In this document: one piece after another, positions 37,925 to 51,349 of the stretch
Numbering within the stretch: the stretch's first letter is position 1
How the letters are laid out: every line of letters begins with the position of its first letter
DNA from: Diadema antillarum
Lineage: Eukaryota
DNA: 64,000 nt
Direction of reading: 5' to 3'
Assembly (NCBI RefSeq): GCF_040938485.1
Contig: NW_027270938.1
Coordinates: 2,356,001-2,420,000 of the forward strand
Notes under the pieces: model-generated
Told to the model about the DNA's origin: nothing
What the model saw: only the letters and a program-made list of their open reading frames with translations
Database searches by the model: none
Translations under genes and position numbers: made by a program

Positions 37925-38943
37925 AGTGCAAATAGGGACCTTCAACCCTCCCGGCGGTCAAAATTCAATATACACGAGATCATGCTTCAGCTCGGATTTT
38001 GACCCTATAAAACAGGTGCTTGGAATTCAGGAAAGGGGGTGGGCACTGGACACTAACCGTATCCTATTCAATGATTGTGCATAGGAGCGATTTATTGAAA
38101 ACTAATACAATTAATTGAAAGTAATTCTGGACAAAATATTTCAAGGAAACCAAAACCCAAAGAGCAATGTGAATTGAGTGAAGCAGAGCAACAACATTAG
38201 ATCACATCAGTGAAAGTTTGAGGAAAATCAGACAATCGATATAATTAATATGTGATTTTTTTTAAAGTTTTAGTGTTGTAATGACGGGGGGAGGGTCAAT
38301 TAGCAAGAGAGCGTGAAATCCAGTGATCTGCAGAGCACAGTTTTGATGGAATGTTTTAACAAAATTTAACTCAATCAGAAAGGAAAGGTGATGATTAGCT
38401 TTTTCAATAAGAAAAGACAAACAATCGAAATATTTAAAACCTAGTGGGGAACTTTCTCAAATATAGCTCAAATCATTTGAAAATTGCAGCATCTATAGCG
38501 CACTGGCGACAGAATATAATAACAATAATCACGCACAAAATTACTTATCTATATGAGTTCATGTTTGGCACACAAGCTGTGTGGTTGTGTATGCCCTTTT
38601 TCCTTTCATAGAAAAAGTCTTGCATAGTATACTCCATTTTCCTCGTTAAATCGATTGCACGAAGTAGGAACTTGAATGCCTGAAAATGAAATTGAACGCT
38701 CCAAACAACCTCGTCGGGACTATCACAATTATGACTATTGCATGAATGTGAATGCACGTGTAGGAAATGCAATGCTCGCATTTGGAAATTGAACGCCCTT
38801 AATTACTGTAATGAATTTGATTTGACGAAAACGAAATAGAACTCCCATGTATAGTATGAAATTGATCGCTCGGATTCTGAATTTGAATGCCCGAATATTT
38901 TCGCGTGCGTGCGCTGTGTGAATTTGAATGCACATTAGATTAA

Positions 38944-39585
38944 AGGGATCGTATAGTTTTGGTTGAGACCCAATTTCAGGTTTCTAACATTTTTGGTGAG
39001 ATAATGAGAAACCTCTTATGAAATATGAAAGAACATGTAATTCTATGAGGAATTCAACGTTTATTTGATGAAAATTGGTTTTGAAATGGCTGAGATATCC
39101 AAAAAAGAGCAATTCTAATAAAGTGTGGGACCCACACTTTACTCTCTAAAAAAAATCGAGTGAAAGTTTTCTCTCTTGAAGGAGTGAAAACAAAAAAGAG
39201 TGAATTTAGAGTGAAATTGGAGTGAATTTCGAGTGAAAACGTTCATTTTCACTCATTTTGGAGTGACGTCAGGGATCACTCGAAGATTTTGGAGTGATCC
39301 CTGACGTCACTCTAAAACGAGTGAAAATGACCATTTTCACTCGAAATTCACTCCAATTTCACTCCTTCAAGAGTGAAAATTTTCACTCGATTTTTTTAGA
39401 GAGTACGTTAGCTTTGTTTTACTTTGTTTTTGGATGTTTCAGTCATTCCAAACCTGATTTTCATCAAATAAACTTTGTATTCCTCTTAAAATGGTATGCT
39501 CTGTACTATATCATAAGTGTTTTCTTGGTATCTCGCAAAAAGTTAAAAGCCCAATTCTCATCTCCACCAATACTGTACCATCCCT
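38944..39585. mobile_element. Kolobok-like MITE with a nested insertion
   Basis: TTAA|AGGGATCGTATAG...CTGTACCATCCCT|TTAA; same-family fragments at about 16983-17150 and 41750-42020. Confidence 0.75.
39142..39403. mobile_element. TA-flanked foldback MITE with GAGTGAA subrepeats, nested in the Kolobok-like element
   Basis: TA|CTCTCTAAAAAAAATCGAGTGAAA...TTTCACTCGATTTTTTTAGAGAG|TA; near-palindromic throughout. Confidence 0.85.
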
Positions 39586-39848
39586 TTAATGTTATTTGAA
39601 TGACAAAAGTATGGAATTGACCGGGAAAACATATACTTCAGCATTGAAGTATATATACTGATGAACATTCATATACATTGATTGTTTCCACCCCTAACTC
39701 ACATTTTAGAACTGTTTTGAAGCACTAAAGCTGGGTTATGTTTTTTTTTTTGTTTCATCTGCAAAATATGATAAAAGGACCTAATACCTTTAATAGATTA
39801 CGTTAAGAGAAAACGGACTGTCATCTGCGGTGCGTTGGTTCCATGATA

Positions 39849-40041
39849 TTTTTGCTCCTGTGACAATTGCTGCCATGAAATATCTGCACTCGAAGCCAAA
39901 CATAAATTCTACCACCAAACACAACCCTAACCCTTATCATAACCTCACATCAGACTGAATAGGCCCTAACCCCATCACAACTGGAGAAAATATAACACGA
40001 CCATAGAATAGGCCTTGCAATATCATTGTCGCAGGAGCAAA
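39849..40041. repeat. Short inverted-repeat element enclosing CCCTAA-like units
   Basis: TTTTGCTCCTGTGACAAT / ATTGTCGCAGGAGCAAAA flank AACCCTAACCC and CCCTAACCCC. Confidence 0.5.
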
Positions 40042-40069
40042 ATAAAATGTCGCGTATCATCCTGTATAA

Positions 40070-41026
40070 TATAGGTTTTCCCATTCATTTTCAAACTTTT
40101 TTCATTCAATTTCACAAATAGTTACTTCAATTTCGTCGCGGGATGTCGGGAATAGGCCAATCTTACTTTCAAATTCGTCTTTCGTCGTCCATTTTCAAAT
40201 AAAGTACATTCAATTTAGTCATGTGGCATACATTTTCGTCATTCACAGTTCAAATACGTCAGTCTTACTCGCAGCACTCAAAAAAGCAGGATCGAGTTCG
40301 TCTTTTGTCAATCATTTTCGTTAAATTTTCAGTCGTATTTGTCTCATATCTCTATCCGGTGCGATTTCCCAGTCATTCATGTTTTTCTGTAACCGTTCAC
40401 ATCAGTTTACATTCAGGAGTTAAAATACACACAAGTGTCCCCCCCCCCGCCCCCCCCCCACCCCCCCCCCCACACACACAGAACCACAGATACAGACACA
40501 CACACAAGCAACATTGATACAAACAGACGTACCGTTACTAACAAACGATTTCTAGGCAAACATGATTAAAGACAAAATTTTAAGTGTAGAATTGTATATT
40601 AGCCTGTTTAATGTCAAAGAATGGATAACATAATCATGCTTGCTGCTTTCCAGGGTACAAAATTTAAAGTAAAGAGAGAAAGTAAAAATATGTCGGCTTA
40701 AAGTTGGTTCACCCTCAAAATAAAGAATCGACAACATCTGGCTAATTTGAATCAAAAATTCATGAAATTGTGTGAACAAAAACGAGTTTGATCTTCACAT
40801 TCTGCGATCCGTCAGCGGGATGGATGAATTTGAATGACAATTGAAGATTTTGAATGCTATATAACAAGATGTCTTGAAAATGTTTGACGTTTAAAAACGA
40901 ATTACAATGACAGTTGACGAAATTGAAGTTAGGATTTGCGTTCCATGTGCTTCTCGGGACGAAATCGAATAATAAATCTTTGAAATTGAATGACAAAAGT
41001 GCGAAAATGGACGGGAAAATCTATAT
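40070..41026. mobile_element. Degenerate foldback element with TTCAA-rich arms
   Basis: Left TATAGGTTTTCCCATTCATTTTCAAAC versus reverse complement of right end ATATAGATTTTCCCGTCCATTTTCGCAC; related fragment at about 50498-50580. Confidence 0.55.
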
Positions 41027-42783
41027 CTTGCGAATATTGTTTCAGTCCACACAGCGTGTGGATCTCCCACAGAGAACGCCAGACGTATGCAAGCTCGAAA
41101 CGGTCATGCATACGTAATAAGCTAAAAATCGCTCTTTTGAAATCCTCCTAGTCTGGCTAATATATAACGCATTGACCCTATCTTCATACCAAATGAAAGG
41201 AGAAAAGTAGCTTTTTCATCCAATTGTTATTACAAAGTAAAATTCGAAAAGGAATCTGCATGGGTAAAAAGTGAGCGGAGTTTAAAGTACAGGGAGTTTA
41301 GTACCAAGGTATGTGTTCAAAACTAAATACAAGGGTCGGAAAGAAGTGCGGTAAATGAAGGTTAAATGACACGCATCTCTTCCTTTACAATGTAGGTCCC
41401 ACTTACAGGGTGCTACGTACATGTTTCGTCTTTCAAAATATGGGCAAGTTTGATAATTTAATCTTGTATACCACATGGGATCCAGGAAAGTATTATGACA
41501 CTATGTCAAAGCCCCCACAGTTCGAAATCGTCCTTTGCAGCCGCTGTGAAATATAGTACATGTAGTAGATGATCGCGACATTCGCGATTGGTGTCCTTGG
41601 GCGATTTGCATGCTTGAAGCTTTCTGGATGCAAGTCTGCAACAGGTGCGCAAAATCCCGTGAAACTTCGCAATTCACCAGACGTCCTGCGCAGGAAGGAG
41701 ATTCTGTGTGCGGAACTTGATTAGGCCTCATTCACATACGGAGTGTGGACGGACTGTATAGTTTTGATTGAGATTATGAGTCAGGTTTTAACTTAATTGG
41801 CAAGATAATTGAAACCACATAAATGAAATATAACGAACGTCCAACTCTTAAAGGGAATTCAAAGTTAATCAATTCATGGAAATCGGTTTTAAAATGGCAG
41901 AGAAATCCAAAAACAGAACAAAACAAAGTGGTCCCACCTTTTGTTACCTGCACTTTTATTTTGGGATATCTCGACCATTTCAAAACCGATTTTCATCAAA
42001 TAAACTTTGAATTCCTCATCTAGGACGTGGTTTCTAGTTAGCGACCGATAGCTCCCATAAAACCTAGATTCCCACCTCGGTGACAGCCTAGACTACGCCA
42101 ATTATTTTCTCTGTATAAGCAGTCAATTTTCCCAAATGAAGGTGGGGCCTTCATGATTAGGCCTATTATGTTATACATGACATGTAGGCTATCAAGTGGA
42201 TATTACTAACACCCACTGACAAAAGCCTTATAGCTTCTGAAAATGTCGACAATTACTTAGGAATGCTGTATAGGGCCTACATGTGCCTTTGAAAACGTTG
42301 AACTACAAGTATGAAAGTTTTAAAATTTTCACATTTTCCGAACATTTTATCAGTACTATCTGATATTTGGACATTTTCACATAAACCATTATTGTCGTAG
42401 GCCCCATAGTGTGTGACCCACGAGCTAAGTTCCATATTCTAGGCGTGTCCAGTTAATTTAGGCTGCTTGGAGGCTGTCGACTGGGACAGATGGACATCAC
42501 AACTATTTTTTCGTTTTTTTTTTATACATCCTATAGGGCCTATTTGAGAGAATTTATCTTTATCAACGACTGCAATACACAATTGTTACACTCTTTCAGT
42601 TTCCTATACGGTCTTTTAACGTTTTAATCGTATTTGACTTCAGACCGATGCACAATAATGCATGCATGCAGTTATTGTGTTCTAATAAGGTGAATTTCGC
42701 TATGCTTTTACTGAAGAAAAAAAGAAGAAATGCATACATTATACATCTATAGTATGGTCTTGCATCGAAAAACCAAGTCACTG

Positions 42784-43310
42784 TATCTGGAACATTCCAT
42801 ACGACATAGTTTGGCATTCAATTCGACCGTGAGCGCCATCCATGCACAAACTAAATTTAGCACCTGAATTTTCTAGACTCCAAATCCATTGAATTAACGC
42901 GCACCAGTCTATCCCAATCCGTATGAAGATAACGCATCACAAACAGCGGTTCCTACCGGAATGATAACAATGAAAAAATGAGTACAGTCTGTACACGTGC
43001 ACGCACTACGCATGGTCAGGACGATCATTCTAGAAAGGATCAAGGATGACTCAGTCACCGTACAGTATAAACCGCGTAGGCGTACGGACCGGGCATCCAT
43101 AGTAAACAATGCAACGCGACTAACCTGCAGAGTTGCCGGTATTATTGTCATTACAAAATACACTGTATTCGAACATTCTAGTAGACGTCGGTATAGCTGG
43201 TTAGAATTCCCCAGTTGTTATATAGCTAACGTCTGGAAGATTCTGTCTGGTCCGAGACGCTTTTGAGGCTAGCTATAAAAAGCGCAAGGATGACTATCAT
43301 ACCATCAGTT
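42784..43310 (+). promoter_or_regulatory. HSP70 promoter: five heat-shock elements, TATA box, initiator
   Basis: Three-unit nGAAn arrays, each with two perfect and one single-mismatch unit: 42784-42798, 42865-42879, 43022-43036, 43170-43184, 43230-43244. TATAAAA at 43274-43280; TCAGTT initiator at 43305-43310. Confidence 0.85.
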
Positions 43311-43585
43311 GATAGTTGCAGAGATTCGAGAGCGACACGACCTGTTAGTGTTAGGTCTACCATCAAACCACCGGCATTTCTGTCCCGGAGGAGGATCAGT
43401 CGAGAGGAGAGATTTTTCCTGTGTGAGGTCCACCGAACTTATTTTATTTTACATACGCTAGTCGAGACAAGCGACCGACATAAGCTACCACAATTACTGC
43501 ACACTGCAAGACTCTAACATACATAGAGAGTAGAGATTTCTAGACCATTTATATAAGTCGTGTAGACAAATTTACAACGGAAACA

Positions 43586-46500
43586 ATGACGGCAGGTAAA
43601 GCACCAGCTATTGGGATCGACTTGGGAACGACCTACTCGTGCGTCGGGGTCTTCCAGAACGGAAAAGTCGAGATCATTGCAAATGACCAGGGAAATCGAA
43701 CAACGCCGAGTTACGTCGCCTTCACCGACACGGAACGTCTAATCGGAGATGCTGCCAAGAATCAAGTGGCCATGTGAGTATGGAACAAAGTTGAAGTTAA
43801 AATTCTACTTTGAGTTGAATATGGAACTTACGAACAGATTGTTTGAATTAAATCAATTATCAAATTAAATCAATTATCAAATTAAATTAAATTAAATTAT
43901 CCCAGTAAATAAAAAATTAAAAACTTACTTACTAGGATATTCTTGTTTGAACAATTAACCAAGGCTGCCGCCAACCAAAGACACAAGAAAAATATAAAGT
44001 TAGAAGAATATTAAATTTCATTCTAAATGCCAAATTTAAATTTGTTTATTTGATAGTTGCAGCCTTGATTTGGAGGGCAAAATTAAAACATGCCTGCAGA
44101 ACAGAGCTGCAATTTTTTTTTCTCTAACATGGATGCATAGAACCTACACGTATCGGTGATTAATGCTAGTGCATTTTAGTGGTTTATGCAACAGCATATT
44201 AAATGTGTGAAATAATGCTGTGGTGTGAATACCACACTAGAATCTATAGAGCTAACGTAAGAGCAAGGAGGTTTGAGAGGTGGAGTTACAACTGACTATA
44301 CATATTCAATCAGCTGTCAGTTTTCTATAGATAGACAAAAGAATTCCTCAGTGTGCCTTTGTGCCTTTGATGTTCGACACTTGAAGCCGCCATCTTTCTG
44401 AGCAATCTGAAGATTCATTTTTAACGCTAACAGTAACATGATATCGGGTATATGCTGCTCGTCTGCAGTATATATATCAAATGCAATGAAATTTCACCCA
44501 ATGATACTTAAGCATATATAAACAAAAGTCAATTCCGTTCGAAAATATGTGCAAAAGTGTAAATCTGAGCTGTATTTTGTGAAAGTGTTTGAAATTTTAC
44601 CCTCATGGAAAGCCGGTTCATATCACTTTTCTCCTTATTTCCGCCAAATGAAACTATGGTATCATCTTCAAGTATAGTTCTTTATAAATCAATAACATAG
44701 GTCAGATTAGCGTACAGACATGTACAGTCGAATCTATTTCAGCAATATTTGAGCAATTTCTATTCGCGCACTCCCATGCCTTTACCATTGTCTACCGCCC
44801 ATCGTTTGTATTAAGTAGGGATAGCGAAAATTAGTAATTACCATCACAAAGACATATCTTCCTTGGAAAGTGGCTGGTGATTATGCAATGAGACACGAGT
44901 CAATTGTCTTCGCATATGAGCGGCAGATCCAGTTTGACACATACCTGGTACTTCAAATATTTTTGAGTGGCGGCTTCGAGCATGGGATCAAAGCGAATTA
45001 GACTGTTGTGACTCCATTTCTCGAGCCTCCTTGGTTAGAGGTAGTAGAGTGTGGTAAAGTGATTTGGTTGGCTGTCTCAAAAGACTTTGGTGCCTGAATG
45101 ATTTTACTCTTGGTCTCATACAATTGTAATACATGTATTTTAAAACTACAGTGTGTACAGTGTAGTCTATTAAACGGTTTAATAGAGCTCTACATGTAGT
45201 TATTGTCCTGGCAAGTCGTGTCGGTCAGCAAAGTTTCATTGTAGACCTTATGATCCCTAAATCAATGTATTGGGTGGAAGCAAACTCCAATGTCAAATGG
45301 TGGTTTTATAGGTGGAATATATAGGTCTAGATTTTGAGCCCTTCTGAATTTTTTTTTTTTGGCTTGAAGTACATGTATTATAAACTGTGGAATGTAACTA
45401 TGAAATTACTCTCTCTTTGCCATGTTCAACATTTGTCATCTACACTGTCTGGGATAGACTCTAGTTGTATAACATGTACATTGAATTTAAATTGACTATT
45501 TTTCATGCCCAAACCTGCCTGCTGTGGTTGCAAGTTGAAAACTCCAGCTTAAAAAAAAAAAAAAAAAGTATCTGGGTTTCATGTGTAATGAATTTTTTAT
45601 TTTTCTTTTCACCAAACATTGCACCAAACAAGTAAGAGATATACCTGTAACCTAGACTAAAAGAGAACTGTTAAAAAAAGATGAAAGAAACTATCTGATA
45701 AAAGAAAATTTTTATTGGAGGAATGACTCATCTGAACACAATATTCTTTACACCAATTGCTAAGTCTTATTTTGATTTTCGTTTGATTGTGCAGGAATCC
45801 CAGGAATACAATCTTTGATGCCAAGCGGCTGATAGGAAGGGGCTTCACTGACCTGAGTGTGCAAGCCGACATGAAGCACTGGCCATTTACTGTCGTCAAC
45901 CAAGGGGGCAAGCCTCTTCTCCAGGCAGAGTACATGGGAGAGAACAAGATCTTGGCTCCGGAGGAGGTCAGCTCGATGGTGCTCATCAAAATGAAGGAGA
46001 CAGCTGAAGCCTACCTCGGTCAGAAGGTCACCAATGCAGTCATCACTGTCCCAGCATATTTCAACGATGCCCAGCGACAGGCCACAAAGGATGCCGGAGT
46101 GATCGCTGGACTCAATGTTCTGCGGATCGTAAATGAACCAACAGCAGCTGCCCTGGCGTATGGACTTGACAAAAAGTTGCAAGGAGAGCAAAATGTTCTC
46201 ATCTTCGACCTTGGTGGTGGTACCTTTGATGTCTCCATCCTAGCTATCGATGATGGCATCTTTGAGGTCAAGTCCACAGCTGGAGACACCCACCTGGGAG
46301 GGGAGGACTTTGACAACAGGCTCGTCAACCATCTTGCAGATGAGTTCAAGCGCAAACATAAGAAAGACCTGCGGCAGAACGCTCGAGCTCTCCGTCGCCT
46401 TCGCACAGCAGCTGAGCGAGCAAAGAGGACCTTGTCCAGCAGCTCACAAGCCAGCATTGAGGTAGATTCCCTGTTTGAAGGGGTGGACTTTTACACCAGC

Positions 46501-47538
46501 ATCACCAGAGCTCGCTTCGAAGAGCTGTGCTCTGACCTCTTCAGGAAGTGTCTCAACCCTGTCGAGCGGGCAATTGTCGATGCCAAGATTGACAAGAAAG
46601 GAATTGACACAGTGGTGCTGGTCGGGGGATCAACCCGCATTCCCAAGATCCAGAAGCTTCTGCAGGAGTACCTGAATGGTAAAGAGCTGAACAAGTCCAT
46701 CAACCCAGATGAAGCTGTGGCCTATGGTGCAGCCGTCCAGGCGGCCATCTTGAATGGTGATCAGAGCGAAGAAATCAAGGAGGTCCTGCTCGTGGATGTT
46801 GCTCCACTCTCTCTGGGTATCGAAACTGCAGGTGGTGTGATGACTCCCCTCATCAAGAGGAACACTAGAATCCCAACCAAAGCTTCTGAGACCTTCACAA
46901 CATATTCAGACAACCAACCAGCTGTGTCCATTCAGGTGTATGAGGGGGAGAGGGCCATGACAAAGGACAATAACCGACTCGGACAGTTTGAGTTGAGTGG
47001 CATCCCTCCTGCCCCAAGGGGTGTGCCAAAGATTGAAGTTTCCTTCGATATCGACGCCAACGGCATCATGAACGTGACAGCCAAAGATCAGAGCAGTGGT
47101 CGCAGCAACAAGATCACCATCACCAATGACAGCAGTCGCCTCTCAAAGGAGGATATCGATCGCATGGTTGGTGAGGCAGAGAGATTCAAAGCAGAGGATG
47201 ACATCCAGCGCGAGAGAATCGCTGCCAGAAACCAACTGGAGAGCTACGCCTTCAATGTCAAATCTGTTGTCAACGACGCATCTGCAGAAAGCAAGCTGAG
47301 TGCAGATGACAAGCAGACGGTCATCAGTGCTACAGACGAGGCCATGCAGTGGCTGGACTCCAACTCCCTGGCAACCAAGGAAGAGTTCTTGCACCAACTT
47401 GAGGAGCTGCAAAAGAAATGTTCTCCCGTCATGTCCAAGATGCACGCTGGGAATGGACCATCAGGTGGCTACCAGCAGGCTGGACCGGAGTCAGGGTCGT
47501 CTGGAAGGGCAGGACCAACTGTGGAAGAAGTAGACTAA
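43586..47538 (+). CDS. HSP70: Cytosolic heat shock protein 70, 643 aa, one intron
   Basis: Exons 43586-43773 (GCC AT|GTGAGT) and 45795-47538 (tgcag|G AAT CCC), 1932 nt. Signatures [37 protein letters not shown]; C-terminal GPTVEEVD; no GGMP repeats. Confidence 0.97.
44275..45040 (+). repeat. Old interspersed repeat, copy 4 (longest), in the HSP70 intron
   Basis: Collinear with 8085-8700, 9597-9790 and 12235-13025. Confidence 0.7.
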
Positions 47539-49402
47539 TTTTCTGTCTCTCATATACCTTCATTCTTTTTCTATTTTTCTGTGAGGTACATTGTACCTTT
47601 TTCAAATGTTTACCTGCCACAAATTGCTAAAAGATCTAAAATGCAACCCTGAGACTATCATAGTTAGCTTTTTTTTCAGCAAAAATGTAGATGCTACTTT
47701 AAGGGCATTAAAATTCAAGACAAGGATGAGTGGACCTTAGTAACAAGATGTTGAAACTTCTCAGGATCAGAAATGTCATGTGAAAAAAATCTGTCACTTT
47801 CACTTGAAAAGGAGAAGTAGCAGTCTTTAATGAAAGAATGAATCCTTTGGAGAACTATGTCTTAGCAATGACCAAAAAGGGAAAAAAAAAGAATCCATTT
47901 TGGTTTACCATGATTTTGAATTGCACTTGAAAATTCTGTCCAGTGTTCATTGATATGCTTCTCAAACAAGTATGAGAATTGGTTGAGTTATAGAATTTAC
48001 AATGTATCTACACTTGCACTGTTTCAGCACGAGAAGCTGTATTACACAAGGTTGTGTTAAGGTTATTCAAGTGTTTAACACTGCTAGATGTAATCTGTTC
48101 TGTTATGCCATTTTAGCAAATCTATCAGAATATGCATTTCATCTGAAGTATATCATAACATATGTACAGCTCATTCCAGTGTTTTATATATATTTATTTT
48201 TAAAGTCAGAGTGTCGATTTTTATGTCACTCTGCTTATTTGAAAACATAAATTGTTACTTTTTTCATGCATTCATGTGATTTTCCACCTTGCTGTTTCGA
48301 TTGAAGACAGTTTTATAGGAGTGACCACATTACTGTATCATTACCAAATTTGCTTACAGTTCTGAGTGTGATGTGCACATGATTGTACTGCTCTCAGAAA
48401 GGTAAACCTTGTACCATGTATATTGATCAAAAGATTGGTTAATATGGATCCTTAACTCACTGACGTTATTTTCAACTTTATTTGTGTAGTACTACATACT
48501 CAACCCAGCATTTAAAACAAATACCCCCCCCCCTGAAATAAAATGTTTTAAGATGTGACATGCATTTATATTATACATTACAGTTCTATTGTATATTTTA
48601 TGCAATGCTGATATGTTAATGACCTCATTGACTGTTTTGTTCTTTATGATTAAATACATGTATGAAATGTTTGGAAAATGATGTTTAAAGATTAGTTGTT
48701 CATTGGGCTATGAAGATGCATATTTCTGAAAAGGCATTCAAATGACTGAGTGGCAGCTCATATTTTTTTATGATCATCATTGAGATGCCAACTCCACTCA
48801 GCAGTACACTACTATTTATATACTACTGTACATACAAATTCATATTTATTTTGTTGTACAAGACTTGTACAAATCATTTCCATAATAAACTATGTCCTTT
48901 GAGATGATATATAAATTATAGAATCATTCAGTTTTATTGTCATATACATATTGTATCTGATGCTGCAGTGTGTGAATGCTGACTGTGTGATACTGTATAT
49001 AATACGAGTACCTGAATGCCATTGTTGAATACAGTGTGATGCACAATGTGATAGAATGTGATATGATATTGGAGAATGATAGGACAAGTAGGAGAGAGAA
49101 ACACACAACCAGAGAGAGAAAAAGATTGGGGGGGGGGGGGGGGTGAAAAGTGGAGGAAACTCTAGGAAAGAGAGGGGATGTACCTAAAAACTGAAGAAAA
49201 ACAAATTTATGGGCGTTTGGAAACAATGTGTGATATATTGCAGACAATGCAGAAAGAAATATTTGAATCATCACACCTATCACTTTTTGATAGTACAATG
49301 TGCAATTAGTAGGAGTACAGTGTAGACAATACAGACATCAATTCATTCCAAACATTTGATTGTATTGATCTCATACATACACACACATAAATGTATATAT
49401 AC

Positions 49403-49457
<55 letters not shown>

Positions 49458-49503
49458 AAGTCCTGACATGATGGTATTATTATCCGCATGTTGGAATAAG
49501 AGC

Positions 49504-49654
49504 ATGAAGACAAACAAGTTGACATAATGCATTAGAATCCAACTTCATTTATTTGTAAACCAAATTTTCGACCCTTGAAGGGTCGAAAATTTGGTTTACA
49601 AATAAATGAAGTTGGATTCTAATGCATTTATTATGTCAACTTGTTTGTCTTCAT
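49504..49654. repeat. Near-perfect palindrome (73/77-bp arms, 1-nt spacer) beside a (TA)n tract
   Basis: Centre ACCCTT-G-AAGGGT at 49577; one 4-bp indel between the arms. Confidence 0.9.
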
Positions 49655-49828
49655 CGTCTATATATATGTATACATATACATACTTTCAACCTTGTCGAAG
49701 TCGAATCTATTTGGACTGAAGAAATAGCTTCGACTTGGAGAAAATTTGACTTATGAGGGATTAAAATCAATAAAATATAAAGAGAAGAGGACTTAAACAG
49801 ACCATCAACTTATGTGAAGTTGACTTAA

Positions 49829-50203
49829 AGGTCCTGTTTACCTTTGGGAGCAGTGATTTTAAAAATGTTTAAGATATCACATTTGATGCATATATGTACA
49901 AAATGTAGGTCTGTTGTATCACAAAACATCCTACCATATACAATTTTTGCAATAAAGCCTAAAATATAAGGAGATAATTATCAGCATTTTTCTCATTAAA
50001 CCTTAACTGCAGATGGTTAGGTCTGGAAACATTTTTGTTATAACTATTGTTCACATTTTGTGTATTTAACAATACTTAACACTGATTATAACACGGATTC
50101 AAATTTTTACAGTGGTTGTTTCTATCCCCAACTCACATTTTAGACCCATTATAAAGCACTAATGCTGGGTTTTTGTTTCTTCTGCAAATGGTAAATTATG
50201 CCT
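49829..50203. mobile_element. Kolobok-like MITE
   Basis: TTAA|AGGTCCTGTTTACC...GGTAAATTATGCCT|TTAA; partial copies at about 39640-39790 and 50930-51070. Confidence 0.7.
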
Positions 50204-50238
50204 TTAAGCGAGGTTGACTGTGTAATTTATATATAAAT

Positions 50239-50490
50239 ATGAAGAGTTTGTTCACAAAAACCGATAAGTCCATATTTGCCAAATGGAGATATTTGCTAAG
50301 GTCAAGCAAAATAAAAAGAATAATTAGAAAATGTTTGCTTCTTTTGAACATAACTTCAAAACATTTCTATGTACCTTGATATGTAATGACCAATATATCA
50401 TTTATAAGGTATTATTTTGTACTTTATGGCAGAAACCGTACTTCAAAATCTTCAAAAATAGACTTATCGGTTTTTGCGAACATACTCTTT
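50239..50490. mobile_element. ~250-bp MITE, copy 1
   Basis: TIR GAAGAGTTTGTTC(A/G)CAAAAA; highly similar copy at 51104-51349. Confidence 0.75.
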
Positions 50491-51103
50491 ATTTAATAAT
50501 ATAGGTTTTCCCGGTCAATTTCATACTTTTGTCATTCAAGTTCCTATTCCGAGCATTCAATTTCACGCCTTCGTAAAAAAAAAAAAACCCAACAATTTCG
50601 ACTATACATGAAACTGATAACATGAACAGTATACACGTCTTGTTTGTTGTTTATTTCTATCTTATTGGTTTACTTTTGCGGGACTATGCGAGATCATTGC
50701 GTGTCAGTTTGTCTTTAAATTGATGCATTGTCACTATGTTGTATAGTGTTGGGGCGTTGTCTGCATGCAGTATCATATCATCAAGAAATAATGATTGGAT
50801 TGTCGTGTTGTTTGGATGCACTGCTGATTTGACCTTACAATTCAAAATTTATTGAGATGAAAAACAGAATATACATAAACAGAGATCAATGTAGAACCTT
50901 ATAAATCATGATTACAACGAGCCACTGTTCATCATTGGAAGCAGCGATTAAAAAATTGTTTGAGTTATCACATTTGATGCATAATCACAAAACACCCTAC
51001 GACACTGAAAGAAAATCTCGATAAAGCCTGAAACATGATAATATATCTCTTTTTTTTTTCTCAATAAACCATTACTGTGGACGGTTTACTATTATTCACA
51101 TTA

Positions 51104-51349
51104 ATGAAGAGTTTGTTCGCAAAAAACGATAGGTCCATATTTGCCAAATGGAGATATTTGCTAAGGTCAAGAAAAATAAAGAGAATAATAAGAGAATTTT
51201 TGCTTCTTTTGACCATAACTTCAAAAATGTACCTTTATATGAGTGACCAATATATCATTTAAAAGGTATTATTTTGTACTGAATGACAGAGACCGTACTT
51301 CAAAATCACCAAAAATGGACTTTACGGTTTTTGCGAACAAACTCTTCAT
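51104..51349. mobile_element. ~250-bp MITE, copy 2
   Basis: TGAAGAGTTTGTTCGCAAAAA...TTTTTGCGAACAAACTCTTCA|TA. Confidence 0.75.

Noticed and set aside
37170-38084. ORFs containing IYIYIY or X runs
   Set aside because: Artefacts of the (TA)n microsatellite and the N gap.
45657-47445. Several antisense ORFs (up to 145 aa) overlapping HSP70
   Set aside because: Antisense open frames are a common by-product of HSP70 codon usage, and there is no independent motif evidence.
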